Notes: generated by a model not told the origin, from the sequence alone. Counted from the first letter of the stretch, positions 22,473 to 36,638 are shown. The stretch is DNA of 64,000 nt from Ramazzottius varieornatus (GCA_001949185.1 BDGG01000013.1:1566617-1630616); one strand, 5' to 3'. Numbers and translations: made by a program.

Positions 22473-22683
22473 GTCGATTGTTACGGTACGCCCGAGGACT
22501 CCAGTGGTATGAATCTGACAAAGCCCAAGAAAGATTCAGCGATTAAACAGGACGAAAGAAACTGCGGGAAGAATCGAGCGTGTTAACTTAGCGAAGAACT
22601 GCGCAATTTAACGCACTCTACTGCCAGCGCAGCGGATAACGCCGCAGTCGATCGCATAGGCAGAGGCGGAGCGGACGAGGGTA

Positions 22684-22848
22684 CAGTGTACGACAAAACT
22701 AACCGTTAAGAATGGGCGTGACACTCCAGTTGAGCTTACTTACAACTCACCCGATGAGAATTGAGTTTTGCTGCATGTGCAAATTTCATTGGCTTTAATC
22801 ATCTGGCTCTATACACCCATTTTTAACGGTTTATTTTGTCGTACACTG
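22684..22848. mobile_element. 165-bp Tc1/mariner-type MITE, copy 1
   Basis: TA|CAGTGTACGACAAAA..CCGTTAA ... TTAACGG..TTTTGTCGTACACTG|TA. An inverted copy of the same length is at 43802-43966. Confidence 0.85.
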
Positions 22849-23119
22849 TATCAGCTGGATAGCTTTGCAGGCTGCGCCGCTACGGCGATGGGCATTCAGG
22901 CCTTCAGGGCACTGTTTTCTTGTCGACAGTTTTGAGCGTTTAGCGCTTCGTTCTTGTCTGGATAGTTTGCTACTATCCGTGGATATCGTTTGATAGCCTT
23001 ACCGATTGGAGACACAGTTGACCAGAACACGCAGCAGGAGGTTGCGTTTTGATCTGATATCTCTCCTTTGTAGATTGGAGGAAAATCGGCCCATGGTCGC
23101 TAGCACCCTTTGTTTTGGA

Positions 23120-26100
23120 ATGGCTCAGACTGAAACGGTGTGGAAGGCGGTAAATGAAATTCGCAGTCTATCAATAGCTAGTGTAGATGTAGCTTGACTT
23201 AGCTCAGCTTGACTCGACTAGCCGCAGAAGCCGTTTGACATAGCGGCTAGCCGTTATGTCAAACGGCTTGAGCCGGCTTCGGCATGGTCACTCAGCAGGT
23301 TTTTAGACGCAGATCTCCTCCATGACTCCATGTTTTTTCACAAAGAAAATTCCAGCGAACACTAAATTTTTCCGGTTCATGGATGATTCTAATTTCGAAC
23401 CTATTGTGCTTTAGAAACTACCGGGAAATTGTATTTCAGCTATTTATCGCGTACTACATCTCATAAGATCATGTCATGTTGATTAATGTCGTAATTCGTT
23501 ATAATCTGGTGGTCAAAAACCAATCAAAGCTATCTGCTGACAAGAGATTTGGTCCACTCCAACTCCAAAAGCAATAAGATGGAAAAATAGAAAAGGGTTC
23601 ACTCCATAAAACAGAGCAGACGGTATCGGCGGAACTGATTCCTGAACGCCACTGCGAAATTCGGGAACAGAGGAACTATTGTCGTACACTAGCGGTACAA
23701 GTCTGGTGCGATGACGTGATACTCTTGATTGAGACTTTTTCATTGACGATGAGGTGAACAGCTGATCGCATTTGACGTCGTTGCCGCTCCAAATTGCGCA
23801 CCATGAAGTACTACAGCTACGAGACAGCAAGCTGTCTGGTGAACCACACACACTCTTCGACGATCAGCTGATCGCCTCCTTGTCAATCAAGAATCAAATC
23901 AAAGTGCATTACATCACAGCGGTTTGGTCACGTCATTGAGACGGAGCCGTATGGCCATTGTATCCCTGTTCCTGAATTTTGTAGTGGCGTCCAGAAATTA
24001 TTTCCGCCGATGCTACCTGCATCTGTTTATACAGTGAGCTCTCTACTTATATAGCGAATTGGTTTCAGAATTGGAGTGGACCGACTGGCGTAAACCCCTT
24101 GTGAGTCCGGCCAAAGTCAAATGTCTTCATGTACGCGAGTGTGTTCGTTGCTCAATCTATCAAGGTCTGTCGCTACGCACCTAGGTACGCTGACTGTTTT
24201 CACTTCTCCGACGTCAGCTTGGATGCATGTGCGCGATACATTACGGGCGAGGCTGCGCTGCCTCCGCGGTATCGAACCGGAGTATTGACTTCCGAAGTTC
24301 CGATTCTCAAGTGCGGGTTTACGATTTATCGATATATCAGAAATATATCGATATACCGCGATATGATATTTTCATTTATCATTTTCCGCTCAGCAATATT
24401 CCGTCCGTATCGATAGTTCGATATAATATTTTTGTCATATCGAATCACTGTGATGTGATACATTTCGATAAGATACGATATATCATATTTATCCCGGCAC
24501 TACGTCTGACATAACGGCTAGCCGTTATGTTAAACGGCTGGCGGAGTCGTACGTCAAGTCGACTACAAGCCGGCTAAGCCATTTGTACAGCCGAGCTACA
24601 TCTACTCTATTAATAGCTTCTTGTGGCCAAACTTGCTGGGGCGTTGTGTCAGAAAGAATTGTTCATATAAGTTTCTCCTTCTGCAGTTTCTCGTTTGTTT
24701 CACACTGGTCTCCTACACCATCGCGCACGATGTCTCGTTAACATTCCCCGACCTACGGAACACCATCCTCAAAACCAAGTCGAAAGCTGATCCAGACATC
24801 CAGCATGCCGCTGTCGAAGACCTCATCAGACGCCTCTTCGACCCCATGGATGCTTCGCGCTTCTTGGTGGAAGTACAGCCTGAAGGACTCGGCGACCCAG
24901 CCTTCGATGCCGCCAGGGTACGGTATGTTCCCTCCAATTATTCGTCCTTCCCTGTAACCCATGTCGTGTTGTCTTTTAGGTGACAAGTTTCGGAGGTAAT
25001 GTCGTGCGTATCGTCGGAAACTCCGGCACAGCTTGTGCATTCGCATTGTACCACTTCATGAAGTACCACTGCGACTGTCAAGTGGCCTGGTCGGGTCGTC
25101 AACTGCACCTTCCTGAAAAGTTCCCAGTGGTTTCCCAACTTGTCAAGAAAGCTGATTGGTGCGAAGTCTGAACTTCCACGGCATTGCAAATTTAATAACT
25201 CCCCTTGTTGTCAGTGGTTGACTTTCCCGCGTTTAGGCTGCATTACTACCAGAATGTGTGCACTTCGAGTTACTCTTTCGCTTGGTGGGACTGGCCACGA
25301 TGGGAAGAGGAGATTGACTGGATGGCGCTACAAGGCATCAACTTCCCGTTGGCTTTCACTGGCCAAGAAGAAATATGGCGACGGGTAAGTCACAGTACAG
25401 TGTGTTCTGTGCTACATCGAAGTATGGACTGGTTTGAGAAACCTCGACTGCCGTTCAGGTGTACGCAAAGCACGGTCTAAATAATACGGATCTGGAGAGC
25501 TTCTTTGTGGGACCGGCCTTCTTAGCATGGTAAATTTTAACTTTGGCGGCCAGTTGTGTCTAATCTGCTGTTTTGGTCCGACCGGAGGGACCTATGTGTA
25601 CTGCGGTACTGTGTTCTAACCGTAGGGGTCGAATGGGAAACATCAGAAGGTGGGCAGGTCCGCTGTCGAACAACTGGTTGAGAGGGCAGCTAGATCTCCA
25701 ACACAAAATATTGGCCCGCATGACGTCGCTTGGTATGATGCCGATTCTTCCTGGATTTGGAGGCATTGTCCCGGAAGCGCTCATCAGGTATCAAGGACGC
25801 TTTTTTAAAGGCAAGACGTCTTCGGAGACTGGAACTGAGTTTTGAATTCCATCATTTCTGGTTGCTCAAATATGCCATTGTTGCAGGATTTATCCGCAAC
25901 TGAACTACAGCCGCGTGGAGTCTTGGGCGGGCTTTCCCGATAACCTCAGCAGGTAGCGTTTGTTCTTCCGCAAGATAATATAGCAGGAAAGAGCCAGCGT
26001 AGACGATAGAAGGGCAGAATATGTACAACTCTTCTGTCAGAAGTGAACTTCCTACTGATGCTATGAAACCGTGTTGATTTGCACTTTTGCAGCTCATTTT

Positions 26101-28411
26101 TGCTGGAGCCAACGGAAAACCTGTATGTCACACTCGGCCAAGAATTTATCACTGAGGTTTGTACTTGTTCTCGTACTCACCACGCTCTCCCGAGCACGTG
26201 GAAGTTGGAACGGAAGATGCAGTGAGAAGCTAGTATCCTTGCAGATGAAAAGGGAATTCGGTGACGTTACACATTTCTACAACGCGGACAGTTTTAACGA
26301 ACAGAGGCCCAACACATCGTAAGTTGTAAGGAGAACATTTGGCACCAAAAACTCTTTTGTAGTGCACGCAAGTTTATACAAAGACACCTCGGATACAATG
26401 CACAAGGCGCGCTTTCGTACGTTCCAGAGCTCAAACCTTTATAAAGAACGTTGCCGATGCGACGTTTAAAGGGATGGTGGCCGCTGATCCGGACGCTATT
26501 TGGTATGGGAAAACCCGTTGACAGAAAAATTCACAATCCAATAAGCCCCCCTACCATTGCTCATGTTTCCACGCCAGGGTGATGCAAGGATGGTTGTTCT
26601 ACTACGATGCAGATTTCTGGACACCAGGTAAGACCCAGATTGTGGTGATCTGCCGGTCAACCTGCACAGTATCGTAGCTTGTCGGTGTGATTACAGAGCT
26701 GACCAAAAGCCTTTTGACGGAGGCTCCTTTGGTAAGCTCTTCACCGTCGTTTCTGCACCCACCATGTGCACTGTCGATACAATGAAGCGGTACCTGTCTC
26801 AGGGTCGAATGATTGTTCTGGATTTGGATGCCGATGCCTTTCCCATCTGGCCTTCGACGCAGAGCTTCTACGGTCAACCATTCATTTGGTGTATGCTGCA
26901 CAACTATGGTGGGGTTCAAGGACTTTATGGGCGTATCAGCCACATCAACAAGGTATACTGTAACAGCAACGAAGCGCAAAAATTCGAGCAATCGTTGAAC
27001 GTCAACATCGTTTTTCAGGATCCTATGGAAGCCAGAAACGCATCCGGGTCGACAATGATCGGCGTTGGTCTGACCATGGAAGGTATCAACCAAAACGAAG
27101 TGATGTACGAGTTGATGAACGAGATGAGCTGGCGCACTCAACCGGTGGCAATCGACGAGTGGTACGCTCATTTTATTCCAGCGAAAACTAGCTGTACTTC
27201 CCGTCCAAATTGCCTGGTTGTGCTGACAGGATGGCAAACTTCACTGGCCGACGGTACGGTGACTCCAACGATGATGCCCATCTGACTTATCAAATACTCG
27301 GGAAGAAGGTCCTCGATCATCCGACAACCTGGGCGAACCAAGGTCGCTATATCGTAACGCGGAGACCTCATTTCAACTATCCAGAACCAGTAAGGCCAAT
27401 AACGGAGGTCCCCATCAAAACACTGGCGGTCTTTCCACGCGTCAAATGTTGTAGATGTGGTACGACCCAAAGGACGTCTTCGAATCGTTTAGCCACCTTT
27501 TACGAGCTGCCACTGTGCTAGCCAAGACGGACATGTTGCTGTACGATATCGTGGATCTGTCCAGGCAATCGCTGCAGATTGTCTTTCATTCGACGTACGA
27601 AAGGTTCCAGGCAGCTTTCGAGCAGGCAAATGTCACTTCCGTTGGGTAAGGTAAAGACGAGCAATTTAATCTAGCCAAGCTGCTACTGTATGCATTGAGA
27701 AGGTGGTTGTTTGCAGGAAGTTGGGCGACAGACTGTTGAAGATCCTGGACGACATGGACTTGATCTTGTCCACCAACAAGCAGTTCTCCCTGAATGACTG
27801 GGTGAAGTCAGCTCGTTCGTGGGCTCAGACGCCGGCTGAGCTGGCACAATACGAAGAGAACGCGCTAAACCAGCTGACGATATGGGGACCTGACGGACAG
27901 GAGCTCGACTATGCTACCAAACAGTGGTCAGGAATGGTCTCAAGGTAAGCGGGCTTTGTCATTCCATCCTTGCGGCGTCGGGAGATGGCGGGCGGACCAC
28001 AAAGTTAGGCTAGATATTGCTTGAAGGTATTATCGCCCACGGTGGAAACTCTTCATAAAGCGCGTCATGGACTCTCTGGAAAGTACAAAGCCATTTGACC
28101 AGCAAGCTTTTGACAAGGAAGTGTTTGAAAAAATCGAGCGACCGTTCACGCATCAACGTCTTAAAGACACATTCTCTTCAAAGTTTGATTCGACTGGCAA
28201 AGGTAGATAACACAGAGAATCTCGACGTTTTTCTACGAGTGCTCACATGAAAATTCCGTTTGGTATCTTACCAAGATGGTTTGTAGATGGGAATGCTTTG
28301 GCAACGGCTAAAAGACTGTTCGAGAAGTACAATAGCTTCCGGGATGTGACCGTGGAAAGAACCACTCTGACAGATTTGCAACAGAGTTGTGGAGCACGTT
28401 TGTGCAATTGA
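23120..28411 (+). CDS. NAGLU: Alpha-N-acetylglucosaminidase (GH89); many exons
   Basis: Exon 23120-23149 joined to 24687 gives the signal peptide [23 protein letters not shown]. Motifs [87 protein letters not shown]. Confidence 0.95.
23179..24609. mobile_element. Non-autonomous hAT-like element with nested MITEs, in NAGLU intron 1
   Basis: TIRs TAGTGTAGATGTAGCT / AGCTACATCTACTCTA. 8-bp target-site duplication TCAATAGC (23171-78) / TTAATAGC (24610-17). Shared subterminal CGGCTAGCCG palindromes. Nested inverted-repeat elements at ~23552-24082 and ~24310-24500. Confidence 0.75.
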
Positions 28412-28782
28412 GTTCCGTGGATATTTTATTCGTATGTTTCCCAGTAATTAACATTGAACACTGACTCCAGAAGAGATATTTTTTAAACCTTTCGTACATG
28501 TTTTTTTAAGTTTTTCATGCAGTTTACTCTACAGTTGGTACGACCAAGTCCGAGGCCAGCTCAACAGAAACAAGAACAAAATAGAAATTCTGTAACAAAG
28601 TTTCTCTTCCCGCACATTTTGATAAAGGTTCAATACCTAGTCATCGTCAACAAGGGCGAACCACGAGGGAAGATTGTCGAGGAAGGCCTCGTTGATGCGT
28701 CGTCGTTTGAAGTATTCTGGTCCGTTCAGACCGCCCCATGTCGGCACTTCAAGCTGTCGACCATGGTCGCTCGGTATCGTCA

Positions 28783-30305
28783 TTAAAACAGCAACACTGT
28801 CCGGCTGCTGACGGCGACGGGAGGGGTAACGGTTAATCCAGCTATTGCTACCTACGGCAGTGTTGGCCGTTAGTCAAAAGCTAATGAACAGATACAGAAT
28901 TCGACCTTGACTGTACGATTGGCTTACCTGAAGAAGCTCTTCGATATGCACTTCCGAAGGGTTTCGCTGTTGGCCAGCTTCTTCGTTTATTCGCTGTTGG
29001 GTAAACTGGGCGAGGAAGCGGAAGTGCGGGGAACCCCACTTGTCCAGTGAAGCTGGATCGGGTGAGAATGACACCCGGAGAACCGCTTTGAGGCGAGTTG
29101 ACCGCACGAAGACCCAGACGACTGATGATGTCTACGCCCTCCTACAAAAACGAAAAGCGTGTGCACCAAAGGCAGTTCAGCGTATTAAGGAGGATAGACG
29201 TACCACAGTTGGAATAATTGTGTAGTTGTCCGGCATGTCCATCTGCAACGAGACAAAATTGGAAAAAGCCACGCATGGCAACTCTGAGTATACGAATTGA
29301 ATGTTCACACAAAATGGTTTACGTACATCCGATTCAGTATACCGCATACTATGGCTGAATGTTTGTCCGGAGCTCTTGACCACTGTGGCAGGCGGCAGAA
29401 ACAGGACGCATTGGGAAGGCAGGATAATCTGGAAAAAAAACTCCACAGTACAGATAGTCGAAGCTGAGGAAGTAACGTTGAAACTGTGCCAAAGATGGAG
29501 TCGTTTACGTACGGTATCGAAAGACCTGGAGCGAATACCATCCTGCAGTATTCGACATGGGTTCACCAACAAGCCGGCCAAGGTACTCGTGTTGTGTGCT
29601 CCGATACTTTCGATGGGAGGGGCGCCGGATGACTCTGTTATCTCACTGCCGTCTGTTGTGTTCGAGGTCAATGAATACGGTGTTGGGGTGGCGGAGGGAC
29701 TTTCATCGCCACCTGCTGTGGAGTTGGTGGTTGATTCGGCTGTCTCGGACGACGCAGGCGTAGTATCCGACGGAGTACTTTCGTCTGTATCGGTTACCGT
29801 TGTTGACTGCGTTGTAAGGTCTGAGTACGTTTTCAAGTCTACAACAAGGAAATAACATAGAATTTAATGAAGGAGTAAGATAACAGGGAAAGTCGCAGTG
29901 ACTACCTGAAGACGAAACTGATTGTACGGTAGAGGGCGCTGTCGAGTTGGGCTGCTCGGTTACGGCTGCAGGAGCTTTAGCGCGGTCGGTCGTACTCCTG
30001 CTGGCATCGGCGACGTTTACGATGACTGCCGGATTGTCTCTGGTGACGCCGGTAGTGGAGGTACCGTTAACGAACTCAACCACGATAACACGTTTCTCAT
30101 CGTCACCCGCGGGGATGCTGATGACATCGTCCACATCTGCAACGTCAAGCGAGGCATATTGGGAGTCGAATACTGCAGGCAAAATTTGGCTGGAAAGGCC
30201 TGGACAAATCTTACCTTGATAGCTGTTTTCTAGCGGCACTCCAGATACAAATAAGCCGAATGACAAGAAGATGACAGCAGTAAATATGCCTCGGTACTTT
30301 TCCAT
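28783..30305 (-). CDS. Secreted Ser/Thr-rich mucin-like protein with a C-terminal globular (possibly SEA-like) region
   Basis: Signal peptide MEKYRGIFTAVIFLSFGLFVSG, S/T/P-rich exons with N-x-S/T sites, and several GT-AG introns. The 3' exons are only approximately assembled. Confidence 0.5.
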
Positions 30306-30790
30306 AACTATTGCACCACAAAAGATATGCTTGTGGGTTCAAACTGAAGAATTGCTTCTACTGTACCTACAAACGAACTCTTAACCAACTGACTAATGTC
30401 AAAGGAGGTTCAAGTTGCGACTGAACGCTACGACGAACGGACGACTGTAGCACCGACCTTGTAATTGGGTCGACATGTTCCAGACGGAGTAAAAGTATTG
30501 TCTGTTTGAGGTCGAACATGGACTAAGAACAGGATTTCTCTTTTGATCACCGCCTTTACGTGGCAAATACAGCCAAAATACTCTCTGGTCTTAGTGCCTG
30601 CTCACGCCTATTCTGCAGTACTGTCCACTAAAGTACGTGCATTGCTTTGTGCGTGCCTTTTGCTTTTTCAGAATAACCTTTAACCGAACTGCTCGAAGCA
30701 AGAACCACCAGTTATGCACAGAAAACTAAGTGGAAATCCTTGAATTAAGCACGTTTCATCTGCGTGCGGTGTCGTTCGGCAAGTGGAGCA

Positions 30791-32468
30791 CTAGTAAAGG
30801 TGAACACTGTCATTGCTCAAAATGTATTGAGAATTGACGTACGGCGTGTCCACGGATACACCGCCCTGTGACGAGTACGAAGTGATGGGGTTTTGTCCAG
30901 TCTGAGTTCCGTTGAGGCAGCGCCACCTGGTGATGTTGCTTTCATACTGCTCCAGAAGAAACAGCGCGAAGCCGATGACTAAGGCTGCGATCTAAAAATG
31001 TGACAGCACAGTATTGTACAGTAGAAGACTGGCCATTCTGGTTTCTAGATCCAAGACAATGAATCCGCTGCAGTAGATTGAATTTGCATACAACTACTCC
31101 AGCAAAGTAATTTCTAAAGTCAGGAAAGTCTCGTACAACGGTTTTTTTAGAATACTGGAGAACCTATTTTGGTTTTAATTTTTACCCACCGATATAAGAC
31201 TTGATCGTGTTAGTTCAACGAAGCCGGAAGTCGAGACTATCAACGGTTTCATCACTGCGCGCTGCATGAAGCTGTACAGCGCGCAAAAGTCCGCCACCGA
31301 GGTTTCAGTACCTTTGGGAAATCCTTGGATGTCATAGTAATTTCGACTGTTTATCAGCTGGTAATGATACATCAGACTTTGCACCGTCTCCGCCGTCTGA
31401 ATACTCTGTGGAATAAAAGTTCGATTACCGTCGATGAAATCACTAAACAAGACCCAGAAGCAATTCTACAGTAATTACCTGATCGTGAAGACGGATAGGA
31501 AATATCGACAGAAGCAAGAGCGTGTACACAAAAGACACACAGGACGATCCATGGAAAATGAACCATTCGACTGGTTGATTGTTGTATTGAAAGAAGGCGG
31601 CAATGGAAGAAAAAGTCACCAACAAGTGATTGATGATTCCCGCTAAAATCTGTAGCCCGAAGATGGATTCAAAATGACTGTGAAGGTTGATTAGGTCCTC
31701 GAATATCCCCCTCAGATCTTGCAGTTCCGTCTGGAAAGGTTTATACTTGAAACAAAGATCTTGCTTCATCAGTCGATCTCGAAGATCGGCCAGACGTTTG
31801 TTGAGACACGTGCAGTATTCCTTCAACACACTCGCATAAAAGGCCATCTGTACATTGATACAGAGAGCTAAGAATGCCCCGACACCGCTGATGATCACAT
31901 ATGTGGTCTCTTCGAATATTTGGACAGCTGAAATACTGGTTTGGTTGTTGGGGTTGATCGAGCCAAGAGAAGCTTTCTGTTTGAGATGGTGCATCATACG
32001 GCCGAACAAGACATATCGAAGGATGTACAAAGAAACAGGGAACGCGACAATGGCGTAGAACAATCGACGGTGCTTGATTGTTTGTCTATGTGAGACAGTA
32101 ACGTGGACTTCGAAACGTTTGAGGGCGACAAGGAAGCGGGTTAGGTGGCGAGAGTTCAGGGCGAACTGAAGAATGGCAGTACTGCTCTTCCAGTTGACCA
32201 CTACGGGTCGGAGAATGATGAGAAGGGAGATAATCTTGTTGGGACTGGTGGTGTAGTCGCGCCAAGCAGACTGGTTGTTGAAGACATTGAGGATGGCCAG
32301 GAATAGGAAGACCCAAAGAAGTAGGGTGGTGGAAAGGATGAGGATCTTGCGAGCGAGGAAGTGCGGGTAAAATGAAAGGTGTCTGCGAGTGTGCTCAAGG
32401 TTCGAGGACGGATCGGGGATCAAAAGAAGGTAGGAGAGAACGTGCCACGAAAAAGGCGGCGAGAACAT
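30791..32468 (-). CDS. Gustatory receptor family 7TM chemoreceptor
   Basis: Long hydrophobic first exon, ESIFGLQIL, VSTSGFVELTRSSLIS, and a phase-0 last exon IAALVIGFALFLLEQY. This is the typical GR C-terminal arrangement. Confidence 0.8.
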
Positions 32469-32704
32469 TTTTGTGCGATTTCCCGGATGATACAATAGAA
32501 CCTCGTTAATAACTTTCAGATCAGTTTACCGAGTGAAAGTTCCCACATCCCACTTCTTCCGAATGCGTCTATGCTGGGACATTTTTATGATCGAAAAGCA
32601 ACGCCTGCGACCCTCTCCGGCAACTTCCTACACTGTTGGTGAGAGGGGAAAAAATCAGAAGCGCGCGCGTGCCACCATCTCGAAGTGGAAGACATAATTA
32701 TGCA

Positions 32705-32892
32705 TGTACACGCACGACGAGAAAATATGGGCCAGGCGGAAAAGACGGCAAAATAGAAATCAAACCGTAAAAATGTGTCGGAAAGTGCGTTAGTGTGAAT
32801 CAGTCGCGTACGTACATGCTTCCGTACCGCCTTGGCGAAAAGGCCTGGACCATAATTTTTGGTGGCCCATAATTTTCCGTCGCGTGTGTACA
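32705..32892. mobile_element. MITE with TGTACACGCA terminal inverted repeats, copy 1
   Basis: TGTACACGCACGACGAG ... CGTCGCGTGTGTACA. Related to 35470-35678 (inverted) and 58013-58200. Confidence 0.65.
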
Positions 32893-33493
32893 GAACAGCC
32901 GAACAGGGCCATTGTACGTAACTTCTGACATGTACAGAACGCATACTTATCCTACAGTCCGTTCAAGCCCAGTGTGTGCAATGGTTTTGAAAATTCGGCA
33001 CCATCGACTGAATGTTTTTTTGTCGATATCGTAAAGTTTAGTACAGCATGGATCAGGCTTTCTGAGAAAGGTAGTATTAGATAATCTGTAGCAGGGAAGA
33101 GAAGTACTGATTTTTGGGAGTAGAAGTGGTTTGCCGGTATAAACAACCAAATTCTCGATTTTAGTTTCTTATCAAGTGAGGTGGAGGACTCTGCGTATCC
33201 TTTTAAGATCAAACAATAGCCCAAATAGTTTCACATCTTTCAAAACCAGAATGCATGTAAAAGCTGGAAAAATGGAATGCTGTAGAGAACTGACTGTTCT
33301 CAGCGCACATTTCCTCCCACCGGGTGTCAGGCTGACTCGATTTTCCAAGCAGATGTATAAACAGACGATTTATTCGGAAGAAAATAGTTTTTACCGCACA
33401 CGTGCATCAAGTCTTAAGGAAAAGCGAGAATCTGATCCCATCCAAAACATGGCGCTGTACCCAAAGACAGAGTAGTCTCTGATGCCGGAAACG

Positions 33494-35169
33494 TCAAGGA
33501 CGTACGAGTGTCTTCCCATGAGATCCCGTCATCAGGAGCAGTTCATGATGTACCTACGACATAAGTACAATGCTTTGTCTGTCGCACCCGGACAGAGCAT
33601 GAGCGTATGTTGCTTGAAGGTATTACTGGCGGGATTTCAATCCAACATACCTTGACCGCATGATCCAGGGGATATTCAGGCCCAACGAATGGACGGACGT
33701 AGCCTTCGTTGACGCCCTTCTCAAGCAACTTCTTCATGGTTCTCCATTCTTCAGGTGTCGTCTCGCTAACACGGACTCCTGTGATGATGGCAGCTTTCAT
33801 CATCAACGTCAGACAGTTGATCGCAATGGAAGTCGGCTTGGAACCCACGAGAACGATTCTCTTCCGTGGACGACCAATCAGCTCCAGATCTGACTGTAGG
33901 TTCGTGCTGGCTACCATTTCGATGATCAGATCGAAACCCTTCGGGCCAATATTGTCCTACGATGATATTCTGTCATAATTTGACCGAAGAAATAATGTGG
34001 GAGACGGGCAAACGGAACATACAAGATCGTTCCGTCAAGCGGCGCACGCCTACAGCCAGTAGCAATGGAGACGTGCGCTAGTTGAGAAAAGGATCCCGTG
34101 CGTTTCCTTTGGCGAACTCTGATGTGTAGGAGATGCACTTACCCTGACTTGCTGGACGTAGTTTTCCTTTGAGTGATCGAAGCAAAAGTGCGCGCCGCTT
34201 TGCAGTACTCGTTCAGTGCCTTCCTTGGTGCTGGCGGTCCCGAAGACATTCATCCCCTCCGCGACAGCAAACTGAACACAGGCTAGACCTACCTGACCGC
34301 TTGCGCCATGAATCAGAATACTTTGTCCGGGTTTTGCCTCTCCCCTGTCGAAAGACAGTGAAAATAATACGAGAAACCTTCTTCAGAACTAACGTGCTCA
34401 ATTAAGTTACGGCGACCGGCCGACAATCTTTCTTATCGTTCGCAAGGGCGTTCTGATCAGCCTTATTCTGCCGCGATTCTACAGAGTTTGCGTCGGAACT
34501 GAACTCGATTCACTGTGCCAAGTTTCTTCGAGGTCCCACTTACGCGATGTACATAGCTTTCAAGGCGGTATAGCATGCTGTCCCGATGGACGCACCTTCC
34601 TGGAAGGTGTAGTGGTCAGGCAAATAATGGACCTCCGGCTCGAAGGCTTTAAAGTATTCCGCGTATGCGCCCGAGGATCGAAGCTCGTGCATTATGACGA
34701 AAACACGATCTCCAATCTGACACCCCAAGTCCAATGACAACAGTTCCATTTATGCTGAGCATGAACCATAAAATGGTAATGATCTCTGATGCAGTTGATG
34801 AACTTACCTTAAAGTGTTTTACCTCTGACCCGACCTCTGCAACAGTGCCACTGGCGTCCTTGCCTGGTGTAGCCGGTAGAGGAACTTTCAGCTGCGGCAT
34901 TCCTGTACCTCGAATATGGGAATCGACCACGTTGACGCCTGCGTATGCCACTTTGATCACGACCTGTGATAAAGCATATGTGCAAAAAGATACATAGTAT
35001 TTAGTATATAACGAGATTTGTAGTTGTAGCCGGTCACGTGTACCTCGTTAGGTCCAGGCTGGGGAACAGGAACATCTTCCACACGCAAGACTTCCGGAGG
35101 TCCGTTAACGTGGTAGCGGACTGCCTTCATGGTAGACGGTAACTGCTCCCCGTTGTGTCCCATAATCAT
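33494..35169 (-). CDS. CRYZ: NADPH:quinone oxidoreductase (zeta-crystallin/MDR family)
   Basis: MKAVRYHVNGPPEVL..VPQPGPNE, AGVNVVD..PATPGKDASG, GAYAEY, FQEGASIG..TALKA, GTASTKEG..GAHFCFDH, GFDLIIEM, PLDHA. Confidence 0.85.
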
Positions 35170-35469
35170 ATTTTAGAAGTGTCGCAGTATCCTTGGTGCT
35201 AGCCAAAAGATCGCAGAATTATATTTGCCGAAAACGGTGGGTTATATTGGGCAAGCTGCCTGCTTTACAATGCGCTGAGCTTCAGTATTATCCTCGTCGG
35301 AAGTTTATCCATCGCGTCAGCTGTGGCTGCTGATATCCGCAGGGTATGACGATTACAGTAATTACTTAAGGCGCGTAACAACGCCGTTACAGCGGTAAGC
35401 CCGATGAGAATATCGGTACAGTACCGCGCCCGAAGCGAACAATCTAGCGGCAATGGATCCGAATGAGAC

Positions 35470-35678
35470 TGGTAATGCCGTACACGCAGGACGAGAAATT
35501 ATGGTACAGGCCTTTTCGCTACGGCGATACGGAAGCACGTACGTACGCGGCCGATTCACAGTAATACACTTTTCGACATTTTTCTACGGACAAAATTCCA
35601 TTTCGCCGTCCTTTCCGCCTGTCCCATAACTTTTACTGTACCATAATTTCTCGTCTTGCGTGTACAGGACATTACAGT
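35470..35678. mobile_element. TGTACACGCA-family MITE, copy 2
   Basis: Inverted ends gtaatgccgtacacgcaggacgagaaattatggtacag / ctgtaccataatttctcgtcttgcgtgtacaggacattac. The body is the reverse complement of copy 1. Confidence 0.7.
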
Positions 35679-35831
35679 AATAATCCTCACTTCTTTACTA
35701 CGTCGCACAAGCAAACTTCTAAGAACTGAAACGATCTAAGCTCTGTTTCATCTACCGATGGGTGGTACTTTTAGCCTCCTGGCCAACCCATCCAACACTT
35801 TGTATGGATTCTTTTACGGCCATAGTTCTTA

Positions 35832-36361
35832 GTTCGCGAGGCGGGTCAAGTTGGCCGTTTTAGAAAGTTAAGACCAGCTCTTGATCATCCCGCTACGGGG
35901 CAAGATCAACTGACAGGATCTCTAATCCTCTGTATGTACGATCCTCCACACGGTCGTACGCGTGAATCCGTCCCGGGTAGTGAGCACGCGGCAGACCGGC
36001 CAATCAACGGTCAGCTGTCAATCAGTCGAACAGNNNNNNNNNNNNNNNNNNNNNNNNNNNNNNNNNNNNNNNNNNNNNNNNNNTAATCAGGTAATCAATG
36101 AGACGCTGGGCTAACCGTGTGTGATTCTGCACATTCATGCTCGACTGATTGACAGCTGACGGTTGATTGGCCGGTCTGCCGCGTGCTCACTACCCGGATT
36201 CACCCGGGACGGATTCACGCGTACGACTGTGTGGATGATTGTACATACTGAGGATCAACTGAAAGGATAAGAGATCCTGTCAGTTGATCTTCCCCCGTAG
36301 CGGGATGATCAAGAGCTTATCTTAACTTTCTAAAACGGCCAAGTTGACTCGCCTCGCGAAC
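35832..36361. mobile_element. Foldback element: ~200-bp inverted arms around an N-gap
   Basis: gttcgcgaggcgggtcaagttggccgttttagaaagttaag... mirrors ...cttaactttctaaaacggccaagttgactcgcctcgcgaac with high identity. Confidence 0.75.
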
Positions 36362-36638
36362 CATCCCCACACAACCCGCCAAGGGATGTTTCACGCCTCT
36401 GATGACTCACTTCGCCAAGTTCATGAAGCATTACAGTACGATGTTCCGGTTCTGACGTTAAAATTCGGAGCAAAATTTTTGTAGTTTCAGGACTTCAGCA
36501 AAATTATGAAAACTCATCAGCCAGAAATCACAGTGGGTTCAGTAAAGATGCTAAGTAAACAGTGTTGGGAAAACAAACAAACCTTGCCATTCTCACTACA
36601 TGCTAGAATCTAGATCAAAATTAACAGACTTGATAAAA

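Noticed and set aside
35832-36361. Long hairpin as a possible structured ncRNA or siRNA precursor
   Set aside because: The centre is an assembly gap and the structure is adequately explained by a foldback transposon; there is no expression evidence.
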